A DNA stretch of 64,000 nt from Cyanidioschyzon merolae (taxonomy: Eukaryota): NCBI GenBank assembly GCA_000091205.1, contig AP006492.2. One strand, given 5' to 3'. The notes beneath the pieces were generated by a model that was not told the origin of the DNA, did no database searches, and saw only the letters and a list, made by a program, of their open reading frames with translations. Each line of letters begins with the position of its first letter. The first letter of the stretch is position 1. A program made the translations under genes and the position numbers. Below are positions 24,174 through 35,577 of the stretch, piece by piece.

Positions 24174-25211
24174 ATGCAGGTATCGGTGCAGAAGCGTCGC
24201 CAAACGTGCGTTTGCATAGCGACGCTGATACCATCGAATTCGTCGAGGAACCCTGCATCCGATACCGAGATCTCCGGCCCTGTTCACTGCCCGAAACGTG
24301 TTTTCCTAACAAACCAGCGCCAAGAGGTCACCTGGGACCTCTATCTGCATCAACGTACGCACGATAGCAGCAGCGGGTATCCCGCGGGTACGCAATGCCT
24401 CCGCTGCGTCGACGTGCGCCCGATGATGACGCCTCCGCGATGCGCGCGTCCGTCGCACGGCGAAATCGTCGGGTGTATGCGTGCGGGCGCTTGTCGCGTT
24501 CTCTCTGTCTCTCTCTGGGATTATAAGCAAGCAGCGGGACTGCTATCGAACGTTATGAGCGCAGGCTGGAGCTCCCGGAACTCCCTTGCGTTCGATCCGA
24601 TTCGCATAGGAGATATCCTGCGTTGGGATGTTAAAGAACCGGAACGGCTTGGGTTGAATCTGGTTGTTTTTAAAACATTCCGCACTGACGTGCTGAGCGA
24701 CCTCACCGGTGCAGACCTGGCAACCGAGCTGCGCCTCGGCGCTCAGTTTGGCACCGTGCAACTGTTACCGTCACGCGCCCGTGAAGACTTTTACGACGAT
24801 AGTGAAGGTGAACCGCGGGTGCGTTGGTATCGGCCCCCGGTAGGCTCGCTGACTATTCGAACGCGTCTCAGTGATATTGGCGGCGGTGAGATGCGATCGC
24901 GCGGGGCACTCTGGTTCCGCGCTAGGATCGATACGGACAAGTGCGTTTGGCACTACGGTGTCGAGGCGGATCGCCGTATTGCGCTATCAAACTGGCATGA
25001 TACGCGAGGCTTCGTCAACGTGAAATATATGAAAAAGGCCTCGGAGCCGGAGTTCACCGTTACTAGTCAACTTGGCATCGAGCAGTACTTGCGTTTAGGT
25101 CGCGTATGGGCGCTCACACGTACAGGCGTCAATCCCGAAGGCACCCTGCACGTATCGCTCCGAGACTATGGCCTTCGGTCGAAACGCGCCCCGGCACGCG
25201 CCAAGCGCTGA
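24174..25211 (+). CDS. Hypothetical protein (345 aa), no recognisable domain.
   Basis: Long ORF with host-like composition. It sits in the gap between mtRNAP and the PRA1-like gene. No motif recognised. Confidence 0.3.
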   Translation: MQVSVQKRRQTCVCIATLIPSNSSRNPASDTEISGPVHCPKRVFLTNQRQEVTWDLYLHQRTHDSSSGYPAGTQCLRCVDVRPMMTPPRCARPSHGEIVGCMRAGACRVLSVSLWDYKQAAGLLSNVMSAGWSSRNSLAFDPIRIGDILRWDVKEPERLGLNLVVFKTFRTDVLSDLTGADLATELRLGAQFGTVQLLPSRAREDFYDDSEGEPRVRWYRPPVGSLTIRTRLSDIGGGEMRSRGALWFRARIDTDKCVWHYGVEADRRIALSNWHDTRGFVNVKYMKKASEPEFTVTSQLGIEQYLRLGRVWALTRTGVNPEGTLHVSLRDYGLRSKRAPARAKR

Positions 25212-26290
25212 ACGCAAACCAGGGCATATGCCTGTCAGAGGTTGATGGTGTTGCATGTATGCTCGACTGCTCGGAATGATATATACCTGTGCACCATTCG
25301 GAGCGTAACGAGTGTTTGTTGTGTTGCAGATTTCTCGACGCTGCGCTGCGGGGAAGTCGTTGCTGTCGGCACGGATACGCGCGTTTGCTCCGCTGTCGGC
25401 GGAGGTGCACGTTGTTGAGGTTGATTTCGAGGGCGGCTCTGATGCTGCGCACCGGAGCGAAGCGCGACCTGGTTGGTAGCTTCAACCTATCGGGGATACC
25501 CAAAGCCCGCTGTTGGGGAAAACCAGTGCATTGGAACGTGGTTGATGTCCATAGGACGTGTACTGATCCATCGGAGGAGTCCAACAGGTGCAGGCACCTT
25601 GACGAGTCTCCACACCAGCATTGCTAAATCATACGCTCGCTTCGTCTTCGCGCCTCATCGATTCGCGAACTGTGGTGGTGTCTGCAGCATCCAGTAAACG
25701 CGGGACAGTGCGCTCATGATGCAGACGACCCGCCACGCTCGCGTGCGACCAGGCCCTTGCGGCAGCGATACAGCCGACCTGATTCGGCGATGCATCCAGG
25801 AGCGGCGGCTGACCTGCGAAACGTTCGCATCCCGTTTGGGCCCGGTCGGGCATACTGCCCTTTCGAGTGCGCACGCGGTGCAGAGCGGGTTGCAGATGCG
25901 CTGACGACCGGTGTCTGGGTTGTCTGCTTGCGGCCGCACAGCTTCGACAGAGAGGTGTACCCGCGACAATTTGCCCGGTGTTTGCTCGGTGCGCTGGGTA
26001 CAGCCGTTATCGTTCGCGTTGCTCTGCTTTCGGGAATATGTCCCGACGGCATGCTCATCTCAGATCAGAGCCGAGCGCTTTCGTGCCTAGTTTAGCTGCT
26101 GGAAAAAAGTGCCCATGTGCGATGCCCTCGAACAAGGAAACCTTCCGAATCAGTCGGGTGCCTCTCGAAACGTTTCCGCGAATTCTCGACGTACTGGCAT
26201 CCGAGCGCAAGTCCCCGAAGTACGCACGTCTCCGCAGAATAAAACCCCAAGGAATATCAATCGTAATCCAAACGAGAGCTTTATGGATGC

Positions 26291-27115
26291 TTACGGTGCC
26301 ACGGTATATTCGGCATTCCGCGCGGAGAGCACGGCAACGGGATCGTGGAGCGCTGCGTGCGCGAGCGTCACAGCTGCGGCCAACGATGCGCTGGTGAGCG
26401 CCAAGGCGACAACGTCTGTCAGAAACAACATGAGCGTGAGCAAGCCACCCAGCAAAATGTATCGGATATAGCCAGGCCAGTTCTGGAACATGCGCGCGCC
26501 CAGCGAAGCGTCCTCGCCCCCGACGGCATCAGCCGTGCGTACACCCATGTACAGCGCGAGCAGGAGCCAGGATATTAGGAGCAGCGCACTCCACGGATAG
26601 AACAAACCCGTCACAATGAACATCACAAGGGCCACAAAGAGGTAGTTCCATGCGTAGAGCTCCAAATTCGTGCGCACACGAGCGCTCCAGTCCAGCCACG
26701 ACGAGGGTGGCGGCGGCGCTAGTGCGTGCAGTGCAGCCCACTCTCGCCACGGCCGTGCCGCCGACCACGCCAGCTGCAGACGCTCCTTCGGAGTGAGTTG
26801 GACACTCAGATCCACCGGCAACCACATCGTTGAGAGCGAAGGGTCACTATCCCTGATCAGCTCGGACTCGGTGGAGGCGAACGCAGCTGCCGGCGCTGCT
26901 GGCGCAGTTGCACCGTAGCTTCCGCGCTCCACCTTGCGTTCGACGGGTGCCACGGTGTTGCTTGTGATTTGCGGAACGCCCATTCTTTGTATTGTTTGCG
27001 TAACGTACCTTCCCCAATATTCGAAGCACGACGACTCGTGTTTCCGTCCGCGTGGAACGAGATCGACGACACCTCTCGCAACGAAGCTGCAACCCGTTCG
27101 GGTGCCAGCGGGCAA
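26291..27115 (-). CDS. PRA1 (prenylated Rab acceptor)/Yip3-family membrane protein (putative).
   Basis: The C-terminal half has two long hydrophobic hairpins and the NLELYAWNYLFVALVMFIVTGLFYPWSALLLISWLLLALYMGV pattern (YxxNY followed by paired TM segments) typical of PRA1. The N-terminal region is less certain. Confidence 0.45.
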   Translation of the reverse strand: MPAGTRTGCSFVARGVVDLVPRGRKHESSCFEYWGRYVTQTIQRMGVPQITSNTVAPVERKVERGSYGATAPAAPAAAFASTESELIRDSDPSLSTMWLPVDLSVQLTPKERLQLAWSAARPWREWAALHALAPPPPSSWLDWSARVRTNLELYAWNYLFVALVMFIVTGLFYPWSALLLISWLLLALYMGVRTADAVGGEDASLGARMFQNWPGYIRYILLGGLLTLMLFLTDVVALALTSASLAAAVTLAHAALHDPVAVLSARNAEYTVAP

Positions 27116-28266
27116 TGGCGCGACGCGTCGCGGGCTCCGGAAACGCTGCGCCCCATGAGTGCGTACGCACCCGAGCGCTGGTGCCTCGCTGGAATTTACG
27201 ACGCTGCAAGGTCGTTCTTGAACCTAACCGGAATCCCTCGAATATGTTGTTCGTGTTATCAGGTAGCAAAGGGGCCATTGCTCTTCTCCAAGTCTTGTGA
27301 CGGCTCGATGGTGGCAGGCTCGTAGTCACCGGCTCTGTGCACAGGTCAGTGCGAGCGCTTCACCATCGCCGCGGATATCGTCGTCAACTCTGTTGAACCG
27401 GAACGCAGATCTCGCTTTTTCTATCGCCTGTGCATTGTTATCATGCTGCAAAGCAAACTGCTTGCTCTCGTGTTCAATAAGTAATCCTGACTGTGCGTCA
27501 TGTATCCAGTAGAGGGATCATGTTTCCTGGCTGATGGTGCGCGCCTGCCGATACGCATGCCGCACGGCACGTCGATCGAAGCGCTGCGGGCGACACGCCC
27601 GAGCATCCGCGCATTTCCGATGCCCCCGTTTGATACCCAGGAATCGACACGGATGTCGTACACGCATGCACGCATGCATACGTGTCTCCATGCATGCATC
27701 TGTTCCTGATATCCCGCGCGGCGCTCTCGGGCCTGTTGCAGCATCTATTCACGTATTCAATAGACGATAGATTGCGGTGCCTTATGCAGGACCTGAGCAC
27801 ATAGCCCAGCAACGCACACCTGTGCGAAGCACGCCACGATTCCCGAACATGGATAGGCGTCGAAGAGGCTGCGCTTGCGTGGGGCCCTGTCATCGGCGCT
27901 GGTGCGGATCCAGTCAAGGCGTCAGGGCGCGAGACGTGCCATAGTCGCCACGGTGCGGGACCTGCATACAACCGGATCAAAATCGCGTTTTCCAAGTCGC
28001 CTCTATTGCGGAGGCGAGCGTCCTCTTCGCTGCGATTGTCAGTGCGAACGCTCTGGATGTCGTGCTGGGAACCGAGTATCGCAGTGGGTATTTACGAAAT
28101 AACAACGGATGTTCGTTACAGCGAACAGTACGCCATTGGCAACGGAGCCCTGGGCGAGCTTTTGCGACCCCGGGCGCCATGAGGCAGTAGGGAACGTGCG
28201 TCGCGCGCGGATGCGACCGAGAAAGACTCGACGGGGGCCGGTGGCCACCTGTCTCGCCGGTCATCT

Positions 28267-30915
28267 TCAGTCATCGAGAACGTAGTTCGGGTGCACCGTC
28301 AAGAGTCGATTCATTCCTGATGATGCTTGCGACTCCTGGCTGAGCGCGACTGACCCCTGGTCTTGAATCTGGATGAGAATGTGATCGCGGTTGAGCATGT
28401 GATGCAGCACCGCACGCATCCGTTGCGCTTCCAGGCGGAGCTCGTCCTCGGATTGGATTTCATCGGTTTCGTCGCGAAATCGGAGCATGTGTTGGATGAT
28501 TTCGTTTTCGGGGACACCGATTTGCTCCGCTGCCTCACGACTGCGTAGAAAGAGAACTACCCTGTTCGCAAGCAAGCGGTACATCTGGAACGGGAGACGG
28601 AGCGCGGAGCTCGCCGCTGGTGTGGTCGGCGCCCCGTGCGATGCACTTGTGCTGGGCAGGCGCTCCGGCGATGCCGGCGCTTCGGTCATCGTCTCAGCAA
28701 CGGGATCGTCCAGGACCACGTCCTCCGTCTCGATGTGGATGATGGACTTGCGTAGCAAGCGGGTTGCCTCTCGCACGTACTTGGGCCGAACAATGGGATC
28801 CAAATGCATGCGGGCCAGCGCTTCGGACAGACGAATCAACGACTCCAACTGGCGCACCGTGATCCGATACGCACCACCGGCGCCGCCACCGAACACGTCG
28901 TTTGCTCGGAGCTGTTTGTAACTCTCTACGAGCAGAGCGCGGGACTCTTCGGGAATCTGCGGGTGCACGGTGCGAGCGAACCGAATATATCTTTGAAGCT
29001 GCTCCGGGGTGAATTCAGGCCGAATCGCATGCTGCTGGTGTTGATGGAGACCCACGATGTAGCGCGTTACGTTGTAATCACTGGCTTCGTCACATTCGTC
29101 CAAAATCACAAAAAATAAGTCGAAACGAGACATGATAGCGGGCGACATCTGGATATTGCTGCGCAACGGCCTTGTCCGATCGTACCGTCCTCCAACCGGG
29201 TTTGCGGCGGCGAGTACTGCCGCACGAGCGTTCAAAGTCGCCTGGATGCCGGCCTTGGCGATGGATATGGTCTGCTGCTCCATGGCTTCATGAATGGCAA
29301 CCTGGTCGCGGAGATCCATCTTGTCGAACTCATCGATGCAGCAGATTCCATTGTCGGCAAGCATGAGCGCCCCTGCCTCGATACAGAATTCATTCGTTTC
29401 GGGATCCTTCACAACGGAGGCGGTAAGACCCGCTGCAGACGAGGCTCTGCCAGAGGTATACAGCGCTCGTGGCATGAGATTGCAGACAAATTTGAGGAAC
29501 TGCGACTTTGCGGTTGAGGGATCACCAACAATGCAGACATTGATATCGCCACGAAGACGAATTTGCTCGTTTGTTTTTTTGTGAACTCCACCAAAGAGCA
29601 TGAGCAGAACCGCCCGTTTCACATCATCATGGCCAAAGACAGTAGGTGCAATCGAATTGGCAAGTCGTTGATACAGCCGTGGTTGGTGCTTCATGCGCAT
29701 CATTTCGTTCCGCTCTTCCGGCGTCATGCGCTCGAGCAGCGTGGCCGAGTCGGCCTCGACGCCGCCGACACCAAAAGGGTCGCGTTCTAGTAATGCCTCC
29801 CATTCCGATTGGTTGCGAGACGAAAAAAGATCGTTCTGCGGAAGCACGTGGCAGGCAACAAAGCAAAGCCGGTAATTCAACTCCCTCTGGCCGAATTGGC
29901 GAGCTCCGTAGGGAGCCCCGTCTGGCCGGGACCTCGCAGCCGAGGTTCGTGTCAACGAGGCCTCAACGCGTTCCCCCGGTACCGCTAGCATTGTTGCCTC
30001 GGGTACGACCACTAAGGTTCCGGTAAAGATGCAGCGGTCGCCAGCCTTGGCTCGTTCAACGTTCTCGTGGCGAACAATGACATCCAAGGTTCGCGGCATG
30101 GCGCCCGGCGGAATTTCTGTCGAATGCTCTTGGACGCGAATACGCTGCCAGTCGACAAACTTGCTACGCTCTACGATGAGCTTCCAATTCGTTCGATTGC
30201 CACAATCCGCCGACGGGCAGACTGGGGGTTCCGCGTACCGATTCTGTTGTTCAATACCCACAACAACATGGCCACATTCGCCACACTGGAATGTCCCGAC
30301 GAGCAGCTCCGGCCGAATCTCACTGGTGCGTGTCACGGTGGCTGAGAACGCCACCAGTGACCCGATGCGGTCGGAGCGTAGCTCGCGCAGGCGGCGCACA
30401 TGTGGTAAACCGCACACGGACACCCAGAACATGCGTGGTCGACCAGCCTGGTCGACTTCGAGGCCCGGTGCATACTTACGAACGAACTCGAAAAGCGCTC
30501 GCCGAACGTATGGCTCAAAGCGATAGAAGGAGTCGACGAGTGCGTCCGCAAGCTCAGCGTTGTAGCTTAGAAGATGTCGATAGTCGATCACAAAAGTAGT
30601 TTCCTCGGTTTGTCGCAGTCTCTCCAGCGCTTCCACGTACACAACGCGTCCTCTGTTTGGAGATTCAGTCCTAACTGGAGGAAGTTGCGCGGGCGAGCTG
30701 CCCCAGGAACCAGACGCATCTGGCAGGCGAAACTCCTCGAGAAACTCGAGCAGCAGGCGAGCGAGTTCCTCGGCAACTTGGTCTCCCTCTGGTGCGACCG
30801 CGCTTCCTCTAGCCCCGGCTAGCCCACGAATCTCTAGGTCTGCACCAGCTGGCAGAGTAGGTTGCCGTGGTTGTGTGTATATGGCGTTGCCCTCGGAATA
30901 CAGCACTTCTGTCAT
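28267..30915 (-). CDS. MCM6: DNA replication licensing factor MCM6.
   Basis: 882 aa. Walker A NVCIVGDPSTAKSQFLKFV, Walker B/arginine finger IDEFDKMDLRDQVAIHEAMEQQTISIAKAGI...SRFDLFFVILD, a zinc-finger CGEC...C..C, and the N-terminus FLEEF...FYRFEPYVRRA resembling MCM6 orthologues. Confidence 0.9.
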   Translation of the reverse strand: MTEVLYSEGNAIYTQPRQPTLPAGADLEIRGLAGARGSAVAPEGDQVAEELARLLLEFLEEFRLPDASGSWGSSPAQLPPVRTESPNRGRVVYVEALERLRQTEETTFVIDYRHLLSYNAELADALVDSFYRFEPYVRRALFEFVRKYAPGLEVDQAGRPRMFWVSVCGLPHVRRLRELRSDRIGSLVAFSATVTRTSEIRPELLVGTFQCGECGHVVVGIEQQNRYAEPPVCPSADCGNRTNWKLIVERSKFVDWQRIRVQEHSTEIPPGAMPRTLDVIVRHENVERAKAGDRCIFTGTLVVVPEATMLAVPGERVEASLTRTSAARSRPDGAPYGARQFGQRELNYRLCFVACHVLPQNDLFSSRNQSEWEALLERDPFGVGGVEADSATLLERMTPEERNEMMRMKHQPRLYQRLANSIAPTVFGHDDVKRAVLLMLFGGVHKKTNEQIRLRGDINVCIVGDPSTAKSQFLKFVCNLMPRALYTSGRASSAAGLTASVVKDPETNEFCIEAGALMLADNGICCIDEFDKMDLRDQVAIHEAMEQQTISIAKAGIQATLNARAAVLAAANPVGGRYDRTRPLRSNIQMSPAIMSRFDLFFVILDECDEASDYNVTRYIVGLHQHQQHAIRPEFTPEQLQRYIRFARTVHPQIPEESRALLVESYKQLRANDVFGGGAGGAYRITVRQLESLIRLSEALARMHLDPIVRPKYVREATRLLRKSIIHIETEDVVLDDPVAETMTEAPASPERLPSTSASHGAPTTPAASSALRLPFQMYRLLANRVVLFLRSREAAEQIGVPENEIIQHMLRFRDETDEIQSEDELRLEAQRMRAVLHHMLNRDHILIQIQDQGSVALSQESQASSGMNRLLTVHPNYVLDD

Positions 30916-31099
30916 GGCGGTTGCGTGCGAACACCAAACGACTCATTCCCGCCACGCGCGGCAAATGCGGCACGCACGCCGCCGCCGTGCATGCATGGGT
31001 TCCCGCCATGCAGACGCCAGATCTGTGTCTGCTTTGTCTCTATGGGAAATGTTGTGGGCATGGTGTACCCAAATTAGAGAAAATCGAACGATTCCACAT

Positions 31100-31609
31100 G
31101 TAGGCTTTCAGCGCAACAGAGTGCCGCCACGGTTGCGTGTCATCAAATGCGTTTTCACGGTTTTCAGCAGATGCGTACGAAGCGCATTCATTTGAAGGTA
31201 TCAAAAATCCACGGGGAAGACATGGACATACAAGTAGAGGATCCTGGATGGACGTCATAGCCGACTGCTCGAAAAAAACGAATAAAGCCGTCGTCTCGGT
31301 GACTGTCCAGCGACATAGAGCAGTGACGAAGACGAGAGAGAAGGAGAGTGGAGATAGCCAAGAAAAGGTGTTTTCGCCCGGCAGTACGTTGGCGAGACTC
31401 TAGTCGCACTAAGCGCACGAGTTCTAGGAATCCTTGGAACGGTTCGTGCAAGCAGAGGCAATAAACGCATCGAGTTCGTGAACCGAAACTCCAACGCCGC
31501 CATCCGTATCAGACGAAATGCGGTGCGAAAGACGAGATCCGAATTGCTGATGGCATCCATGTTTCTGGGGCAGCCTTTCAGGCTCGAAGTGTGCCTGGAT
31601 CTGAACTGA
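31100..31609 (+). pseudogene. Fanzor/TnpB-like C-terminal fragment (the older, diverged part of repeat-A copy 3), ending at the TGA at 31607-31609.
   Basis: 31349..31609 is near-identical to 346..602 (EFVNRNSNAAIRIRR frame). 31100..31349 is a diverged homologue of 100..346. The antisense ORF 31255..31653 mirrors 161..646. Confidence 0.55.
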
Positions 31610-32706
31610 AACCGATTGGAGTCGGCTGGTCGCAACAGGCCGGAAGGCGCCAATTCGTGAGCGTATATTTACCCTCCATGGTCGTAGAACGTTTTCCGTT
31701 TCACTGACGATCTATAGGGAGCTCGGACATGCACACAGCAATGCTTGGGACTCCTCCACCTGCCATTAGAACCGAACGACATAGGTTGCTCTGCAACTGC
31801 TTCCTTTTCCTCTCTGTTACCCTCGATATGAAATACGCTCAAAAATCATGGACTAAGAGCGCCGTGGCGAGCAGTCCAAGCACGTTGATTGCAGCGTCCA
31901 GGTCGCGCTTCTGTGCTCAATCAGGATCTGCGCTATTCATGTCATGCACGGGAGGTACGTGCGATCGCCACCTCACTTGCAGGTTTCATCTTCTTTGTCC
32001 ACAGCTTCGGTATGCTGCTTATGACGATGACACCTGCGCGCGGTCGGATGTGCCCGTATTCATATGTATATACATCAGAGATCCCCCGACTTCGACCGCC
32101 AGCCTTTGGCGCGAAAACGCGTGCTGCATCGCTCCGCAAACGCCTGTGACGGGTACCGAAGGCTCCGGTTGATGCCTCCTCGTGCGTTCCTTGCGGCCGG
32201 TGTCGCACGCCTCCATCAAGCGCTTGTCTGGGGCGATCCGCTCGGCGAGTACGCCGTCCGCTGGACGTGTACGCGTACGCCGTCGCATTCGAGAGCGCCT
32301 CACAAAAGGCGATGTCGTGCCCGATGGACGGCGCGCACGAGTTGCACGGAAACAGCGATACGGAAAACAAGAAGCATGCGTGATTCGACCATGCCACACA
32401 CGAGGCAGAGGAAAAGCCTCGAGACTCTTTTCTACGAACTGAATAATGATACCAGTTGTTTTTGGAACCATCGTTCGAGGGCGTCGCGAATCACCCTGAC
32501 GCTGTTGACGGTACGAATTCCAGCGGCAAAGCGTCGATTGCGTCACTCCGAAACCACAATCCGGAATCCTGGAACTGCACATGGATCCGTGAGCCCTTAT
32601 TGCATCCATTTGGACATCGATCTGTACATCTAAAGAGCGTTCGGGAAACTAATCGAAAAGCAAGATGCGAGTAAGCAATTCGGTGCTCCTTCTTCATATG
32701 AAGCGA
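31350..32706 (+). repeat. Dispersed repeat family 'A', copy 3 (full young unit, about 1.36 kb), in the MCM6 upstream region.
   Basis: Near-identical to 347..1620 and 4486..5400. ORFs 31729..32172, 31889..32149, 32064..32633 and 32182..32442 duplicate those of copies 1 and 2. Confidence 0.8.
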
Positions 32707-33115
32707 GTCGATTTTTTCGAATCATGCATACGAACCACGAGTTCCGCCATCAAGCGATAATTATTGAAACCAGGAGAGCTTGCATTATCATGCTGCACAA
32801 GACCTTGATATTCCGCCAGCATCCACCTTTAAATCCCTCCGATAATCGTGGCTCGTTCGTATGCGTCTCCCAATGCCTGCCACTAGCAGTCGCCCGCGAA
32901 TGGTGTCTACCCATCTACGAAACGTCGTTCGCGCAGGAGCTGACAATGCGGGTCTCGTGGACGCGCCGCCTCCCAGTGCGTGGAACAGGACCTCGTTATT
33001 CTTGCATTCGCGCTGCACAGCGAGGCACACATCCTCGCCAGTAAGGATCGCTTTTTATCTTTCTCGTATACCACGACTGCTGTTTGATTAGGTACGGGGG
33101 CCAAGTCTTCAAAAA

Positions 33116-35218
33116 ATGCGCTGCGGCCGTCGTTTGATTTTCGTGCTTCTCTCGGTACTGCTGAGTTTCTTGGGCGGCCTCCCAGTTCAAGTCCTGGTAA
33201 GCAGCACCGACCTGGACCCTTTCCAGTACGCAACGCGGGGTGAGGAGCCTGCTAACATTTTGAGTTTGATCTCAAGCCAAACGATTCCGCGGGAGGACGA
33301 GGATATTGCTGCGCAGGAGTTCCACTCGGGAGCTTTTCTTGAGAGCTTTGACAACGAAGGCGTCGACGCCGCCGTACTTTCCCACGAGCCCGCTCGTGGA
33401 ACAGCGACGAAAGCCTACGTCACTCGTATACTGAACTGGAGGCACGAGCTGCCCGCAGCGTGCGCGCTTGCATACTCCATTGCTTCGGTCGTGTACGGCA
33501 TTGAGGATATTTCCAGAATCAGTGCCGGTGACGTCGAGCTTGTTGCTCTTGTTGAAAGTCAGCGGCTGCCGCGATCTGCCAGGTTCTACCTGGAAAAATG
33601 CGGGTACCGCGTAGTGCCGGTCCAGCCGCAACTAGGCATCCCAGATTTCCTGCGCTTGCCGCTTGCGTCATGGTCTCTCACCGAGTACAAGGCAGTTATC
33701 TTTATTGAACCCATAAGCCTGGTTCTGAGCCCCTCCGTGCAGGAACTCTTTCACTGCGGCTGCTTCTGTGCGGCGGTTCAAACAGGAGAATATTTCTCTG
33801 CTGGGGTGTTTGGCTTACGTCCAAGCTTGAAAGTTCATTCGCGAATGCTGGAGTTCCTCCGCAGGGATGTCATCGGCCTGGACTGGCCCCCCGCGCATTA
33901 TGCGGAAAAGCACCGGCATCTTTTCACAGAAGCGAGCAGATCACTGGGTGCTTTCTTGAACACGTACTTTCGAGACTTTTTGCGTGCGCCGTATTTCCCT
34001 CAAAAGATTCCAGCTGAGCACATTGATGAGGATGATATGGAGTACGGCGAGCTCATGCGCAGCTGCTGTGACGATCCGATCCTGCTGGTGTCGAGCCTGC
34101 GACTAGCGTCGGACCCCAACTCGGTTTGTGTACGGCGACTGCCGATCGGGTACAATGGCGACCCCGTGTTTCATGGCGTATTCTCCAATACCCGTGTCAT
34201 TCGATTCACAGTGCCACTGACGCCGTACGCCTGGTGGAGCGCATGGGTAATCGGTAATAAAGCAGCATGGCGAGCATCGCGCCGTGCTTTAGGAAGTGTT
34301 CGCGCTCGCTTCTGGGCTGCTGGGCCGCCCTTTCTGGGGCCGCTCATGTTAGGCAGCGGATTGATGGGCCTCGCTGCCGCCATTGTGGTACTGCTTGTGA
34401 GCTGGCGAGAGGCGCGACACCCGTTTCTGGGCCACTGGCTCGCGACCGTTCTGGGTACGCTTGCCAACGTGCAGCGCAACGCTCTCATCGAGCGCGGAGG
34501 ACAAAAGCGCGATCGCCCATTCAGGTTTTGGAGTCGACTCAGAACCGCGAGACGCCCGTCTGCGAAAAGTACTGTAGACGCTGGCTCGTGCGACCCCGAA
34601 TCGAGCTGTCGTCTGGAGCGCGCTCCATCAAGTCGTCGGTCGATGTGGATTCGGTGTATGAACCTGCTCGTTGGAAACTTATGTGGTTTGGTCGGTGGAT
34701 TAGTCTTGCCAGCCACAGCCTGGCTCATGGTGCCGACGTATCTGCCAGCACCGGTAGGAGCAGCGCTGTTCGCTAGCTTGTGTGTGGCTTTGCAACACTG
34801 CACGTTGAGTGTTCTCCGCTTTTATTTCCAGCGTCGATGTTTTTCGCAAACCATACCACCACCACCACCACAGGGTGCAGCTTTCGAGGGCGCACGTCAT
34901 CACGCCAGCGAACGAGATAGTAGCGACACCATCAACGCCATAGAAGAGAAGCAGAGTCGGGGCTATCCGCGGCTGGGTGCTTCTAGCCGCCATAGCGCTG
35001 GACTTCAGCGCAATGCTGCACGCCCGCTTCTGCTCCCGCGGTACGTTCACATCGCTCATTTCATCTGGTGGATCGTCGCTCCGCAGATACCGATTCTCTT
35101 TACGAGAAACATTCCGCGCGTGATAACAATTTGGGTCTCGTCTTTATTTATTTATGACATGATCTGTTGTCTGGGTTTCGCCTTTGTACTCCAGAGCGAT
35201 GCACAAGAAAGCTGTTAA
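33116..35218 (+). CDS. Membrane protein with an N-terminal glycosyltransferase-family-8 (glycogenin-like) domain. It may be catalytically altered, and it has a multi-TM C-terminal region.
   Basis: Signal/anchor MRCGRRLIFVLLSVLLSFLGG. Residues about 150-260 are LPLASWSLTEYKAVIFIEPISLVLSPSVQELF...YFSAGVFGLRPS, paralleling glycogenin's L.CWSLTQY.KCVFMDADTLVL.NIDELF...FNSGVFVYQPS. The DxD position reads IEP instead. Several hydrophobic helices and a poly-Pro stretch in the C-terminal 300 aa. Confidence 0.4.
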   Translation: MRCGRRLIFVLLSVLLSFLGGLPVQVLVSSTDLDPFQYATRGEEPANILSLISSQTIPREDEDIAAQEFHSGAFLESFDNEGVDAAVLSHEPARGTATKAYVTRILNWRHELPAACALAYSIASVVYGIEDISRISAGDVELVALVESQRLPRSARFYLEKCGYRVVPVQPQLGIPDFLRLPLASWSLTEYKAVIFIEPISLVLSPSVQELFHCGCFCAAVQTGEYFSAGVFGLRPSLKVHSRMLEFLRRDVIGLDWPPAHYAEKHRHLFTEASRSLGAFLNTYFRDFLRAPYFPQKIPAEHIDEDDMEYGELMRSCCDDPILLVSSLRLASDPNSVCVRRLPIGYNGDPVFHGVFSNTRVIRFTVPLTPYAWWSAWVIGNKAAWRASRRALGSVRARFWAAGPPFLGPLMLGSGLMGLAAAIVVLLVSWREARHPFLGHWLATVLGTLANVQRNALIERGGQKRDRPFRFWSRLRTARRPSAKSTVDAGSCDPESSCRLERAPSSRRSMWIRCMNLLVGNLCGLVGGLVLPATAWLMVPTYLPAPVGAALFASLCVALQHCTLSVLRFYFQRRCFSQTIPPPPPQGAAFEGARHHASERDSSDTINAIEEKQSRGYPRLGASSRHSAGLQRNAARPLLLPRYVHIAHFIWWIVAPQIPILFTRNIPRVITIWVSSLFIYDMICCLGFAFVLQSDAQESC

Positions 35219-35577
35219 TGGGCCCTGGAGCAGCGGCCGTAGCCCGTAAACATCACTCATCACAAGTTCGCTGGGCGGGACTCGACTCCGACCCAAGGCG
35301 CTCTCTATCGCGCCATGAAAAGATGCTTGTGTGCTGCGTATCGCCAAAGGCAAGCACTTGCGCTCTCCCATGCAAGATGAACTCCAGTCTGTCGACGCGG
35401 AACGCTTCTCACCGATGCACGGTACGCGTGCGGACGTCACGCATTCCAACGAAGATGCCGGGATGCTGTCCATGGACAACGACAGGAATGGATAGGAGCC
35501 TGCAGTGTTGGCGTCAAACGCACATCAACAACGAGCATGGACCCGAAGCATCGTTCAAAGTCCGGGAGCATTCCGCT

